Source: an uncultured virus (IMG/VR IMGVR_UViG_3300008111_000017) (taxonomy: Duplodnaviria > Heunggongvirae > Uroviricota > Caudoviricetes). Taken from it: 64,000 bases of DNA. Each line of letters opens with the position of its first letter. The first letter of the stretch is position 1. Made by a program: the position numbers and the translations under genes. The notes beneath the pieces are model-generated. The model ran no database searches, was not told the origin of the DNA, and was given only the letters and a program-made list of their open reading frames with translations. Below, in pieces: positions 55,358 to 64,000 of this stretch. The stretch is from IMG/VR virus record IMGVR_UViG_3300008111_000017; one strand, given 5' to 3'.

Positions 55358-56125
55358 ATGTTGCTCCTGCTTCTATCTAATCAAGCGGCACCTCCTACTA
55401 CGGTCGTCTATTCCGGCGTTGTCGGGGGCGCTCCCATTGGCGTGCTTGCGCTTGGCGATCTAGGTATAGCTACAGCGCCCGCAGGCCCCACGGTAGCAAT
55501 CGCGGGTACTAGTTCGGCGTCTGCTACATCAGGAGCTATCGTTTCTCGGACCGTTACGATTAACGGTACGTCTACCGCGGCGGCGACTTCAGGCGCTATC
55601 GCTTCGGTTAGTGTGAGTATAGCGGGCACCGCTACGGTAACAGCAACACCTGGCGCAATCGTAGCGCGCACGGTCGCTATCGCAGGATCGTCTACGGTTT
55701 CAGTAACCACCGCTGCGGTTTCAGTTTTCAATGTTAACATCGCGGGCACATCTGCCCTAGTAGCTACGGCGGGAGCAATCGTATCCCGTTCTGTAAGCAT
55801 TGCCGGGACGGGCAGCCTAGTTGCCACGGTTAGCAGCAACCCTGTTGTCGTTATATCGGGTTCTTCGACGGCATCGGCTACTTCAGGGTCTATCGCTTCT
55901 GTAAATGTCGCTATCTCGGGCACGTCTACCGCAGTTGCACAAGTCTTTGTCGCACGGTATAAGCCTACGATTACGACTTGGGACGGGACGAAATACGTAG
56001 ACAAGCCTGTTCAGACATGGAATGGGACAAAATACGTAGACAAGCCTGTTCAGACATGGAATGGGACTAAGTACGTCGATAAACCTGTCGTGACTTGGAC
56101 CGGCGCTAAGTACGAGGTGGAGTGA
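55358..56125 (+). CDS. Ala/Ser/Thr-rich virion protein with C-terminal tandem repeats
   Basis: IAGTS-type repeats, then about four KPxxTWxGxKY units. Confidence 0.7.
   Translation: MLLLLLSNQAAPPTTVVYSGVVGGAPIGVLALGDLGIATAPAGPTVAIAGTSSASATSGAIVSRTVTINGTSTAAATSGAIASVSVSIAGTATVTATPGAIVARTVAIAGSSTVSVTTAAVSVFNVNIAGTSALVATAGAIVSRSVSIAGTGSLVATVSSNPVVVISGSSTASATSGSIASVNVAISGTSTAVAQVFVARYKPTITTWDGTKYVDKPVQTWNGTKYVDKPVQTWNGTKYVDKPVVTWTGAKYEVE
55961..56113 (+). repeat. 39-bp coding tandem repeat, about 4 copies
   Basis: GGGACNAAATACGTAGACAAGCCTGTTCAGACATGGAAT units. Confidence 0.9.
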
Positions 56126-56126
56126 G

Positions 56127-56795
56127 ATGGCTACTAGCGGAACGACAAACTTCTCTGTTGACGTCATCACGGCTCTCGAAGAAGCCTTCGAGCGGGCAGG
56201 CCGTACCTTCCGTACAGGTTACGATTACGAGTCTGCGGTTCGCTCTATGAACTTGATGTTCAACGAATGGGCCAACAGAGGTATCAACCTTTGGACGATT
56301 GATCAAATCAACATTGATCTCGTCGATACCTATGGCGTCTACGATCTACCGCCTGACACGGTAGATGTGGTCAGTGCTGTTATCACGACGCAAGAGAACG
56401 ACTATCAGATCGAACGTATGCCCTTTGGTGAATACGCGAACATCGTCGATAAGAATAAGCCTGGAAGGCCAAACAGATATTGGATCGAACGTCTGACGGG
56501 TAATAACCTGATCAACCTTCACCCCGTACCAAACGCATCATTCATCCTGAAGCTCTGGCGATTACGACGCATCCAAGATGCAGGTAGTGCCTCGAACACG
56601 CTTGATACGCCTTTCCGTTTCAATGAAGCGTTGATCGCAGGCGTTGCGTTGCGTGTTGCAGAGAAGAACCCAAACCTTGATACGACACGGCTCCAGCTTT
56701 TGAAAGAACGCTATAACGAAGCGATGAATTTGGCTCAAGGTGAAGACCGCGATCGTTCCTCTTTCTATCTTCGTCCTAACGCGAGGGCTCGTTGA
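56127..56795 (+). CDS. Head-tail adaptor / tail tubular protein A-like
   Basis: MATSGT, EEAFERAG, EWANRGINLWT, EDRDR. Confidence 0.75.
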   Translation: MATSGTTNFSVDVITALEEAFERAGRTFRTGYDYESAVRSMNLMFNEWANRGINLWTIDQINIDLVDTYGVYDLPPDTVDVVSAVITTQENDYQIERMPFGEYANIVDKNKPGRPNRYWIERLTGNNLINLHPVPNASFILKLWRLRRIQDAGSASNTLDTPFRFNEALIAGVALRVAEKNPNLDTTRLQLLKERYNEAMNLAQGEDRDRSSFYLRPNARAR

Positions 56796-56796
56796 C

Positions 56797-57015
56797 ATGG
56801 GTTTCGCCACTGGAAAACATGCCCTTGGTATATGCGACCGCTGCGGCTTTTCGTTCAAGCTGAACAGCCTGCGGTTCCAGTCCGTTGACGGTAATCTGAC
56901 AAAGATAAAAGTCTGTTCATCGTGTATGGATGTCGATAACCCGCAGTGGCAGTTGCGTCTGTTAGACCTGACTGATAACGAAGCTCTGCGCGATCCTCGC
57001 CCTGATACTGACTAA
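56797..57015 (+). CDS. Small Zn-finger virion-module protein
   Basis: CDRCGF...VCSSC...ALRDPRPD. Confidence 0.75.
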   Translation: MGFATGKHALGICDRCGFSFKLNSLRFQSVDGNLTKIKVCSSCMDVDNPQWQLRLLDLTDNEALRDPRPDTD

Positions 57016-57024
57016 GGGTCGAGC

Positions 57025-59097
57025 ATGTCGAACGTAACTATTCCTGTCTTACCTGCTTCGCCTCCCGAATATAACGGAGACCAGATCACTCGTAACTTCG
57101 ACGATATTACGAAGACGATGCAGCAGATCGTAGACGAGATTGACGAGTCTTCCTCTGGCGGCGTTACCGACGGAGATAAAGGCGACATTACGGTCTCCGG
57201 TTCAGGCACGACGTGGACAATAGACGCGTCGGCTGTCACTAACGCAAAGCTCGCGAATGTGCCTACTGCGACATTAAAAGGGCGTGCGGCAAGCGGGACA
57301 GGCGAGGTTACTGATTTAACAGGTACTCAGGTCACTGCGCTTTTAGATACTTTTACGACGACAGCTAAAGGATTGGTTCCGGCTGCGACAGGCGGAAACA
57401 CTACGACGGAGTTCGTTCGTAAAGACGGTACGTTTGCCGTACCTTTTACAGAAGCACAGGTGCGCTCGACACCTTTAACTGGATTTGTGGCAGGCACCGA
57501 CACCGCGATCGTAGCTACAGATACGATACTTCAGTTTGCTAACAAGACCCAAGGCCAGATCAACAGGCGGTCTCGGGTTTGGCGTGACTGGGTAGACGCT
57601 CGCGACTATGGCCTCTTGATGGACAATCTTCAGTCCAGTGCCGCAGCAAACACGACTGCGCTACAGAATGCAATCAACACGGGCAAGATCGTTACCATGC
57701 CCGATGGCGATTTCTATGCCAATGCCATCACTGTAGACACGCCTTATCAGCAAATTCTCGGGACAGGGAAGACCCGTTGGCGACAGCCCTCGACGTTTAA
57801 CGGCAATCTTATCACGATCAACTTAGCCGCAGAAGGTGCGAAGTGGCAAGGTATGCGGTTCGACGGCAATCGTGGAGCGGTCACTTATAGTTATAACTCT
57901 GGTACGTTCGCGGTGTTTGCCGCAGGGTTTACCGCAGACGATCTTGAACTCAAAGATATTCAGTCAATGGGCATACGGGGGCTGGGTACGTGCCATGATT
58001 TCCGCGCGACACGTATTAAACTTGAAAACGTTGGCGACTTTCCGATTTTTGTCCAAGAGATTGGCGGGGTCCAACCTATCAATGGCACTATTCGGGACAT
58101 TCGTATTAAAGAGTTTGGACTTGCCGGAGGGGGTGGAGGCGTAACTTCGTCTGTAGGCATTGGCGTCCGGTCTGCCACGGGAGGGTGGGTCGTCGATGAC
58201 TTTAAGATTCAATGTGACAACGCTTATGCCAATGACCAGTTAGGCGTAGAGTTCTGGACTAATTCTAATGCCAATACTGTATCAAACGGTCACGTGATCT
58301 ACCGCGGGGCGGGCACTGGCGAGTTTGGTATCAGCGCGACAGGTCGTAATAACATCGTTAGCAACATACGGGTTGAAGGTACAGACTCTTACGCCTTTGA
58401 GATTATGGACCCAGGCTGTGCAGTCAGTACTTGTGTCGCGCGCGATCCACGCGGCGCAGGGTTCGCGATGAACGTAAATACCGCTCACCCTAATAGTGTA
58501 GACCAACTAGCCCTTTCGGGCTGTGTCGTAGAAAACGCCAATTCGACAAACCCCTCTTTTGCGGCTTTTGTTATCGACGGGGTATCCGGACCTGTAGCGC
58601 GGGGTGTTAGCATCTCTGGCTGCTCGGCATCAGGTTCTGCTACGCTTTTACGCGTAGGTTCACAGGTAGACGGGTTTTCAATCTCGGGCGGCACATGGCA
58701 TAAAACGGGCGGCACAAATAACTGGATGATTTTGGCAGGGTCTAACGGAACGGTTAGCGGCGCTACGATGACACGCGATGCTTTTTCAGGCACGATACCG
58801 AATGGCATATTGATCGCAGGGTCGAACATATCTATCGGCGGGGAATGCCGTATAAACGGATTCAACGGCGGTACAGCGGCAGTCACTAACATGATCCTAA
58901 TCAATGCCGGCCTGACTAATATCAAAATCGGGGATATAAATATCACAGGTTCTATAAGTAACTCAGTGTTCTGTAACTCCACCGCTACTTCAATTCTGGT
59001 CGCAGGCGGTATGCACGATACTGGCGTGGCCTTACAAGCCAACAACCGCGCTAAAGACGTTTATAACACTACGACAAATACGTTCTTCAACCAGTAA
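57025..59097 (+). CDS. Tailspike with pectate-lyase-like parallel beta-helix
   Basis: DGDKGDITVS anchor, DARDYG...TALQNAIN, beta-helix repeats. Confidence 0.8.
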   Translation: MSNVTIPVLPASPPEYNGDQITRNFDDITKTMQQIVDEIDESSSGGVTDGDKGDITVSGSGTTWTIDASAVTNAKLANVPTATLKGRAASGTGEVTDLTGTQVTALLDTFTTTAKGLVPAATGGNTTTEFVRKDGTFAVPFTEAQVRSTPLTGFVAGTDTAIVATDTILQFANKTQGQINRRSRVWRDWVDARDYGLLMDNLQSSAAANTTALQNAINTGKIVTMPDGDFYANAITVDTPYQQILGTGKTRWRQPSTFNGNLITINLAAEGAKWQGMRFDGNRGAVTYSYNSGTFAVFAAGFTADDLELKDIQSMGIRGLGTCHDFRATRIKLENVGDFPIFVQEIGGVQPINGTIRDIRIKEFGLAGGGGGVTSSVGIGVRSATGGWVVDDFKIQCDNAYANDQLGVEFWTNSNANTVSNGHVIYRGAGTGEFGISATGRNNIVSNIRVEGTDSYAFEIMDPGCAVSTCVARDPRGAGFAMNVNTAHPNSVDQLALSGCVVENANSTNPSFAAFVIDGVSGPVARGVSISGCSASGSATLLRVGSQVDGFSISGGTWHKTGGTNNWMILAGSNGTVSGATMTRDAFSGTIPNGILIAGSNISIGGECRINGFNGGTAAVTNMILINAGLTNIKIGDINITGSISNSVFCNSTATSILVAGGMHDTGVALQANNRAKDVYNTTTNTFFNQ

Positions 59098-59157
59098 CTC
59101 TTGCATAAACCGCGCGCTTTGTGATACAGCAAACGTTAGCCTAAAGGATCATGGACC

Positions 59158-59787
59158 GTGACGCGAGCCGAACTCATATCATTCGTGCAAGAGTATCTGG
59201 ATAACATCAATCCAGATTTCACGGCTATGATGGATACGTTCATCACGACTGCCGAAGACAACATCTCGGAAACAGTCCGTCTCCCTTCAGCTAAGGTAAG
59301 CACCGCCTTCAACCTGACCATTGGTCAACCTGTCGTTCCACCACCCGCAGGTATCTTGTCAGTCATCTCATGGTCGGTAACTTCCGGAGGGATGCAGACT
59401 TTCTTGCGCCCTGTTGAACCAGATTTTATCAGAGCCGCATATCCATCGGCGTCGATCCTTGGCCTTCCGACACGGTATGCTTACGTTGATAACACTCAGT
59501 TCTTGATCGGCCCTGCACCTGATACGGCATACACCTGCAATCTTCAGTACGAAGTCCACCCGCCGTCGCTGACTGTAGATACCGCAGGGACATGGCTCTC
59601 ACAGAACGGTACGTCTGCGCTCAAGTGGGCGACGCTCTACCAAGGTTATCTGTGGATGCAGGGCGATAAAGATACGCTCGCTGAATACGAAAAACAACTT
59701 GGAATCGCAGTCGGACAATTGCGCACCTTGGTCGAAGGTCGTAGACGTAGAGATAGCTTCCGCGACGGCGAACCCCGTCTACCATAG
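59158..59787 (+). CDS. Head-tail adaptor protein
   Basis: FITTAE, GLPTRYA, IGPAPD..Y, TWLSQN. Confidence 0.75.
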   Translation: MTRAELISFVQEYLDNINPDFTAMMDTFITTAEDNISETVRLPSAKVSTAFNLTIGQPVVPPPAGILSVISWSVTSGGMQTFLRPVEPDFIRAAYPSASILGLPTRYAYVDNTQFLIGPAPDTAYTCNLQYEVHPPSLTVDTAGTWLSQNGTSALKWATLYQGYLWMQGDKDTLAEYEKQLGIAVGQLRTLVEGRRRRDSFRDGEPRLP

Positions 59788-59796
59788 GACACGCCA

Positions 59797-61092
59797 ATGC
59801 CATCGTCGTACTCTACCAAATACCGCTTGGAGCTTCCCGCTTACGGGGAGAAGATCAACACGTGGGGGCCTATCGTCAACAGCAATGTCGGTACGTTGCT
59901 TGAGCAGGCTATTGACGGCTTCCTGTCTATCGCCATGTCTGACGCTAACCTCACACTTAGCACGGTCAATGCCGGCGATGACCAAGCGCGCAACAAGATG
60001 CTGCGCTTTACGGGTACGCTTTCTGCCACGCGCGAAGTAATCATTCCTGCCACTAGCCGCGTCTATATGATGTGGAACAGTACGACACAGAGCTTGACCT
60101 ATAAAACGGCAGGTGGCGCGGGTGTTACTTTCCCTTCAGGCGCGAGAGCTTGGGTGTTCTGTGACGGTACAGATACCTTCGAGCTTGGCACTTACGCACG
60201 TATCACGGGCGGTTCGATCTCGGGTCTTGCGACTATCGCTGCGACCGATGTGCTGCGCGGGTCTGTCAACCTAGCAGACTATGCGCAGAACACCATCACC
60301 GGAAACTATACCCTTGTTGACACTGATCGCCATCGGTCTATCTACCGGACAGGCGCGTCTGCTTGCGCGCTCACGCTGCCAACAAATGCCACGACCGCTT
60401 TCCCTCTCGGCACTACGGTTCTTGTAGCTGTTGACAACGCTGCGTCTGATATGACGGTAGCCCCTGCGGGTGGTGTGACTTTACGCCAAGCAGGTTCAGC
60501 TACTTCTGGAACCATTACTCTCACCGCGCGTTCTGCGGTATGGTTGATTAAGGTCGGGACCGACGAATGGTTCTTGATCCCTACACCAAGTGTTGTGGGT
60601 GGCGCACTTCTTGCCGCTAATAACCTCTCAGACCTGACAACTGTTGCGACCGCAAGAACCAACCTTGGTCTTACTTCCGCAGCTACGACAGCCATTGGCA
60701 CGTCAGGCGCTACGATCCCGCTGCTAAATGCGGCCAATACCCATACTGATGCCAGAGGTGTCGCTGCGGTCACTACTTCAAACCTTCAGTTTGGTTTCCG
60801 TCGCCTCCGTCCTGCCAGTATAACGACAGGCATACCTGATCCAGCCGATAGCGATAGTTGCATTTATGCAACAGATTTTGTGTCACTACCTTCTGCGACT
60901 TTTGCGCAAGGTGATTGCCTGCTTATCTACAATAATACGTCTGCCGCGATAACTATCTTCGAAGGTTCTGGCCTGACTTTGCGCCAAGATGGTACGACTA
61001 ATACCGGGAACAGAACGCTTGCGGCGCGCGGGCGGGCCTCTGTTTTATTTATCAGTGGAACCGAAGCGGTTGTTGGCGGGGCTATCACATGA
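59797..61092 (+). CDS. Tail fibre protein
   Basis: MPSSYS..LEL...TWG..N anchor; NNLSDL...ARTNLGL. Confidence 0.75.
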   Translation: MPSSYSTKYRLELPAYGEKINTWGPIVNSNVGTLLEQAIDGFLSIAMSDANLTLSTVNAGDDQARNKMLRFTGTLSATREVIIPATSRVYMMWNSTTQSLTYKTAGGAGVTFPSGARAWVFCDGTDTFELGTYARITGGSISGLATIAATDVLRGSVNLADYAQNTITGNYTLVDTDRHRSIYRTGASACALTLPTNATTAFPLGTTVLVAVDNAASDMTVAPAGGVTLRQAGSATSGTITLTARSAVWLIKVGTDEWFLIPTPSVVGGALLAANNLSDLTTVATARTNLGLTSAATTAIGTSGATIPLLNAANTHTDARGVAAVTTSNLQFGFRRLRPASITTGIPDPADSDSCIYATDFVSLPSATFAQGDCLLIYNNTSAAITIFEGSGLTLRQDGTTNTGNRTLAARGRASVLFISGTEAVVGGAIT

Positions 61093-61436
61093 CCGCACAC
61101 ATGATCGCTATGCAGAGCCTCGGTCTCCCGCCTATAGTGGTCGCACTATCGGATACGTCTGTGCTTGCGTTGCGATCAGGGTCGGGGTTTGTGCAGACCG
61201 CAGAGATCACCGCGACCGCAAGCGGCGGTAATGGCGGGCCATATACGTACTCTTGGTCGCGTGTATCAGGGGATGTTGAAATCACCGCTCAAAGCCCGAG
61301 CCTCGCGACGACACGGTTCCAAGCTACGGTTGGTACGTCAAGTACCTTTAACGCAGATTTTAAGTGTACGGCCAGTGATGGCGCGCGGTCAGGTGACTCT
61401 GACCTATGCGGCGTAACTATTCAGGAACTCTCATAA
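61089..61436 (+). CDS. Ig-like tail accessory protein
   Basis: ASGGNGGPYTYSW...FKCTASD. Confidence 0.65.
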   Translation: MTAHMIAMQSLGLPPIVVALSDTSVLALRSGSGFVQTAEITATASGGNGGPYTYSWSRVSGDVEITAQSPSLATTRFQATVGTSSTFNADFKCTASDGARSGDSDLCGVTIQELS

Positions 61437-63310
61437 TGGGCCAGATAACTCCTGGCAAAGCAGAGGTTGTTCCTGTCGAGATCGCGTCAGGCTTTATCTC
61501 TGATACGACCCAGTACGCTGCTGGCGGGCGTTGGTGGGACGGCGACGGCGTGCGCTTTCGCAAAGGTTATCCAGAAAAGATAGGTGGCTGGACGCGCCTA
61601 CTACCTGCTTCTTGGTTAGGTGTATGCAGAAACCTGTTTGCTTGGGCAGACCTGACAACTCAGAAACGTATTGCCCTTGGCACAACGTTACGAGCACTTG
61701 TTTATAATTCGTTTGATCTTAGCCTGATCGACGTCACGCCAAATGCCAGTACGACGACATTAGGTACAAACCCTCTCGCCGCGACGAACGGTTCACCTGT
61801 CGTGACTGTCACCCATACCAGCCACGGTATGACAACAGGCCGTTATGTCCGCTTATCCGGCGCGACGACTTTCGCGGGTTTGACTGTCGGCGTATTGGCT
61901 GGCGAGTTTATTATCACGGTATTGAACGCCAATACCTATACGATTACAGTTTCGGCCAATGCGACTTCTACCGCCAGTGGTGGCGGAGGATCGGTTGTTG
62001 CGTCTTACGTTCTCCAGCCGTTTGATATTGCGGCTGGATGGGGCACGGGGGCCTATGGCGAAGCGGGCTGGGGTGCGTCCGCTTCGCTATCTCTTGCTAC
62101 GGCAGAGCCGCCTATGTGGTCGTTCGATAACTGGGGCGAAGACCTACTGCTTAATACTCGCGGTCTAGGTATCTATTATTACGACGTAACCACACCGACG
62201 GTTCCCGCGGTAAACATCACGTCACTTGTGGGCTCGACAGACGCACCTGCCGCAGCTATTCAAGTCTTGGTAGATGCAGAACTACGATTTGCCATAGCTT
62301 TTGGTGCGTCTCCTATCGGGTCTTCTGTACGTGATCCAATGTTTATTCGTTGGGCAGATCGGGGCTCTATCACAAACTGGTCGGTAGGTACTACCTCCAC
62401 AGCAGGTGGTTTCCGTCTTGCTTCGGGCTCTCGTATCATTCGTGCGATCAAGACACGCCGCGAGATCATGGTGTTTACTGACGCCACTTTGTACAGCATT
62501 CAAGCGGTCGGCGGTTCTTCGATCTTCAAGCCAACTGTGGCGTCTCAAGAGGTCAGCATCCTTGGCCCGAACGCGACAACGGTAGACCATGCTGATTCCA
62601 TTTACTGGATGGGACGTGGTAACTTCTATAAGTATGATGGTCGTGTCACGACGCTCGCGTGCGACATCACTGACCGCGTGTTTGATGATATAAACTATAA
62701 TTCCGGAAACAATATCGCTTGTGGCCATAACCCACAGTTCGATGAAATCTGGTGGATGTATCCGTCCGCCAACTCTGTCGAGAATGATAGGTATGTCGTT
62801 TATAACTATGCAGAAAACTCTTGGGTAAGCGGTACGGTCCTTACGCGAAGCGCATGGCTGTCCACGCCTTTGTATGATTACCCCGTTACGGCGGGCGCTA
62901 ATGGCGTGTATCTTCAAGAAGATGGTTACGACAATCTTGACACGGGTTCTGCCGCTCCGATTACCAGCTATATCTATTCTGCTCCAACAGAAGTAGATGA
63001 CGGCAATTATGTGCTGCGAGTCGACAAGGTGTATCCAGACTTATCGTTTGGCCGAACTTCGCCGGCGGTGACGCCTATCTTGTCGTACAGTATCACGGGT
63101 TCTGATTGGCCGGGATCAACCAGTATCCAAGACCAGTTGCGCACAAGCGTTGCGGGTGTCCAGACCGCGGATACTCGACCCTTCACAGATAAACTTGACT
63201 TGCGTGTGCGCGGTCGTAAGTTTGGCATCAGAGTATATAACTCGCAACTCGGCGTGTTCTGGCGTATGGGTCGGCAACGTGTCCGCGTTAAGATTGATGG
63301 CAAGCGCTGA
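61436..63310 (+). CDS. Tail nozzle / DNA stabilisation protein (P22 gp10 / T7 gp12-like)
   Basis: VRFRKGYPEKIGGW, WSFDNWGEDL, EIWWMYPS, RVRGR, DGKR terminus. Confidence 0.8.
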   Translation: MGQITPGKAEVVPVEIASGFISDTTQYAAGGRWWDGDGVRFRKGYPEKIGGWTRLLPASWLGVCRNLFAWADLTTQKRIALGTTLRALVYNSFDLSLIDVTPNASTTTLGTNPLAATNGSPVVTVTHTSHGMTTGRYVRLSGATTFAGLTVGVLAGEFIITVLNANTYTITVSANATSTASGGGGSVVASYVLQPFDIAAGWGTGAYGEAGWGASASLSLATAEPPMWSFDNWGEDLLLNTRGLGIYYYDVTTPTVPAVNITSLVGSTDAPAAAIQVLVDAELRFAIAFGASPIGSSVRDPMFIRWADRGSITNWSVGTTSTAGGFRLASGSRIIRAIKTRREIMVFTDATLYSIQAVGGSSIFKPTVASQEVSILGPNATTVDHADSIYWMGRGNFYKYDGRVTTLACDITDRVFDDINYNSGNNIACGHNPQFDEIWWMYPSANSVENDRYVVYNYAENSWVSGTVLTRSAWLSTPLYDYPVTAGANGVYLQEDGYDNLDTGSAAPITSYIYSAPTEVDDGNYVLRVDKVYPDLSFGRTSPAVTPILSYSITGSDWPGSTSIQDQLRTSVAGVQTADTRPFTDKLDLRVRGRKFGIRVYNSQLGVFWRMGRQRVRVKIDGKR

Positions 63311-63360
63311 TTGACCTAAGTGCCGTAATGCCGTAGTAATCGACATCTTCGGAGACAACC

Positions 63361-64000
63361 ATGGCGTATGCTCTAGCCGGTGCGGCTGAACACCTAGCTT
63401 CTAAAGGCCGTAACGGCGACACGATGTTGGTTCACATGAACCCGCTTGAAGTCGCATGGCTGAACGAACAAACGCCAGGGGGCCTCACGACTAACCCTGA
63501 TACCGGCCAACCAGAGGCTTTTGCTTTCTTGTTGCCATTGCTTGCAGGCGCAGCAGGCCCCGGCCTTATGGGTGCGATGGGTATCTCTGGTCTCGGAGCT
63601 ACGCTAGGTACGGCAGGCTTGACCGCTTTAGCTGACTATGCCGTCAACAAAGACCCTCAAAAAGCCTTAGGCTCTGGTCTCTTGTCGTTTGGTTTGGGTG
63701 GTCTCGGTAATGCTATGAAGGGTGGCGCGGAAGCGGTTAAAGCTGCACCCGGCCTAGCTTCGACGGTTACTAATACGGCAGACGGTATCCGTATCGCAGG
63801 GGGGCAACTTGCCACGCCCGCAACGTCGGCTCTTAGCGCACTCGGCCAACAAGCTACTAAGTCTGGCGGTATGCTGTCGGGACTTGGTACGCTGGGAACG
63901 GCGGCTAAAAATCCAATGGCGGCTATGAACTCTATCAAAGCTAATCCGTTGTCTATCGGTGTACCACTTGCAGCAGGCGCGGCTCTCAGTATGCCGCAGC
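63361..64000 (+). CDS. Internal virion (ejection) protein, runs off the window
   Basis: GRNGDTMLVHMNP.E...TTNPDTGQPE followed by Gly/Ala-rich hydrophobic sequence; GGAG RBS and TTGACC promoter-like sequence at 63311. Confidence 0.75.
   Translation, partial: MAYALAGAAEHLASKGRNGDTMLVHMNPLEVAWLNEQTPGGLTTNPDTGQPEAFAFLLPLLAGAAGPGLMGAMGISGLGATLGTAGLTALADYAVNKDPQKALGSGLLSFGLGGLGNAMKGGAEAVKAAPGLASTVTNTADGIRIAGGQLATPATSALSALGQQATKSGGMLSGLGTLGTAAKNPMAAMNSIKANPLSIGVPLAAGAALSMPQ

Noticed and set aside
50732..61436. Diversity-generating retroelement acting on tail genes
   Set aside because: No reverse transcriptase and no template/variable repeat pair seen
1..64000. Prophage boundaries, host genes or an alternative genetic code
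   Set aside because: All genes look phage-like, no integrase or att site is evident, and long genes read through in the standard code

Overview
The whole window is dsDNA tailed-phage sequence, most likely a podovirus-like phage of an alphaproteobacterium (it encodes a GcrA homologue and a CtrA-like DNA-binding domain). It covers most of a circularly permuted genome. Layout: (1-5543, +) the end of a giant polyvalent virion/ejection protein, broken by a frameshift near 3.1 kb; (5.5-20.7 kb, -) replication and nucleotide genes (prim-pol/helicase, a two-frame C5 DNA methyltransferase, PolA, DEDD exonuclease, SSB, Cas4-like nuclease, PAPS-reductase-like protein, SNF2 helicase, dNMP kinase, RuvC, TerS-like protein, ThyX); (20.7-32.9 kb, -) many small early genes with repeated promoters and conserved hairpins; (32.9-34.0 kb) a non-coding strand switch with divergent promoters and a large branched palindrome; (34-64 kb, +) a RuvC-less TnpB-like gene, intein-containing TerL, HNH-AP2, a structured-RNA/tRNA-Trp cluster, portal, GroES, scaffold, capsid, lysis genes, tail/receptor-binding genes and the start of the ejection proteins. 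The best novelty candidates are the truncated TnpB-like protein beside the branched palindrome, the GcrA plus CtrA-like regulator pair with a GTTAGG repeat array, the triplicated LysR-type early promoters, four structure-conserved early hairpins, and the nested two-frame methyltransferase. All homology calls come from motifs recognised by eye; no searches were run.
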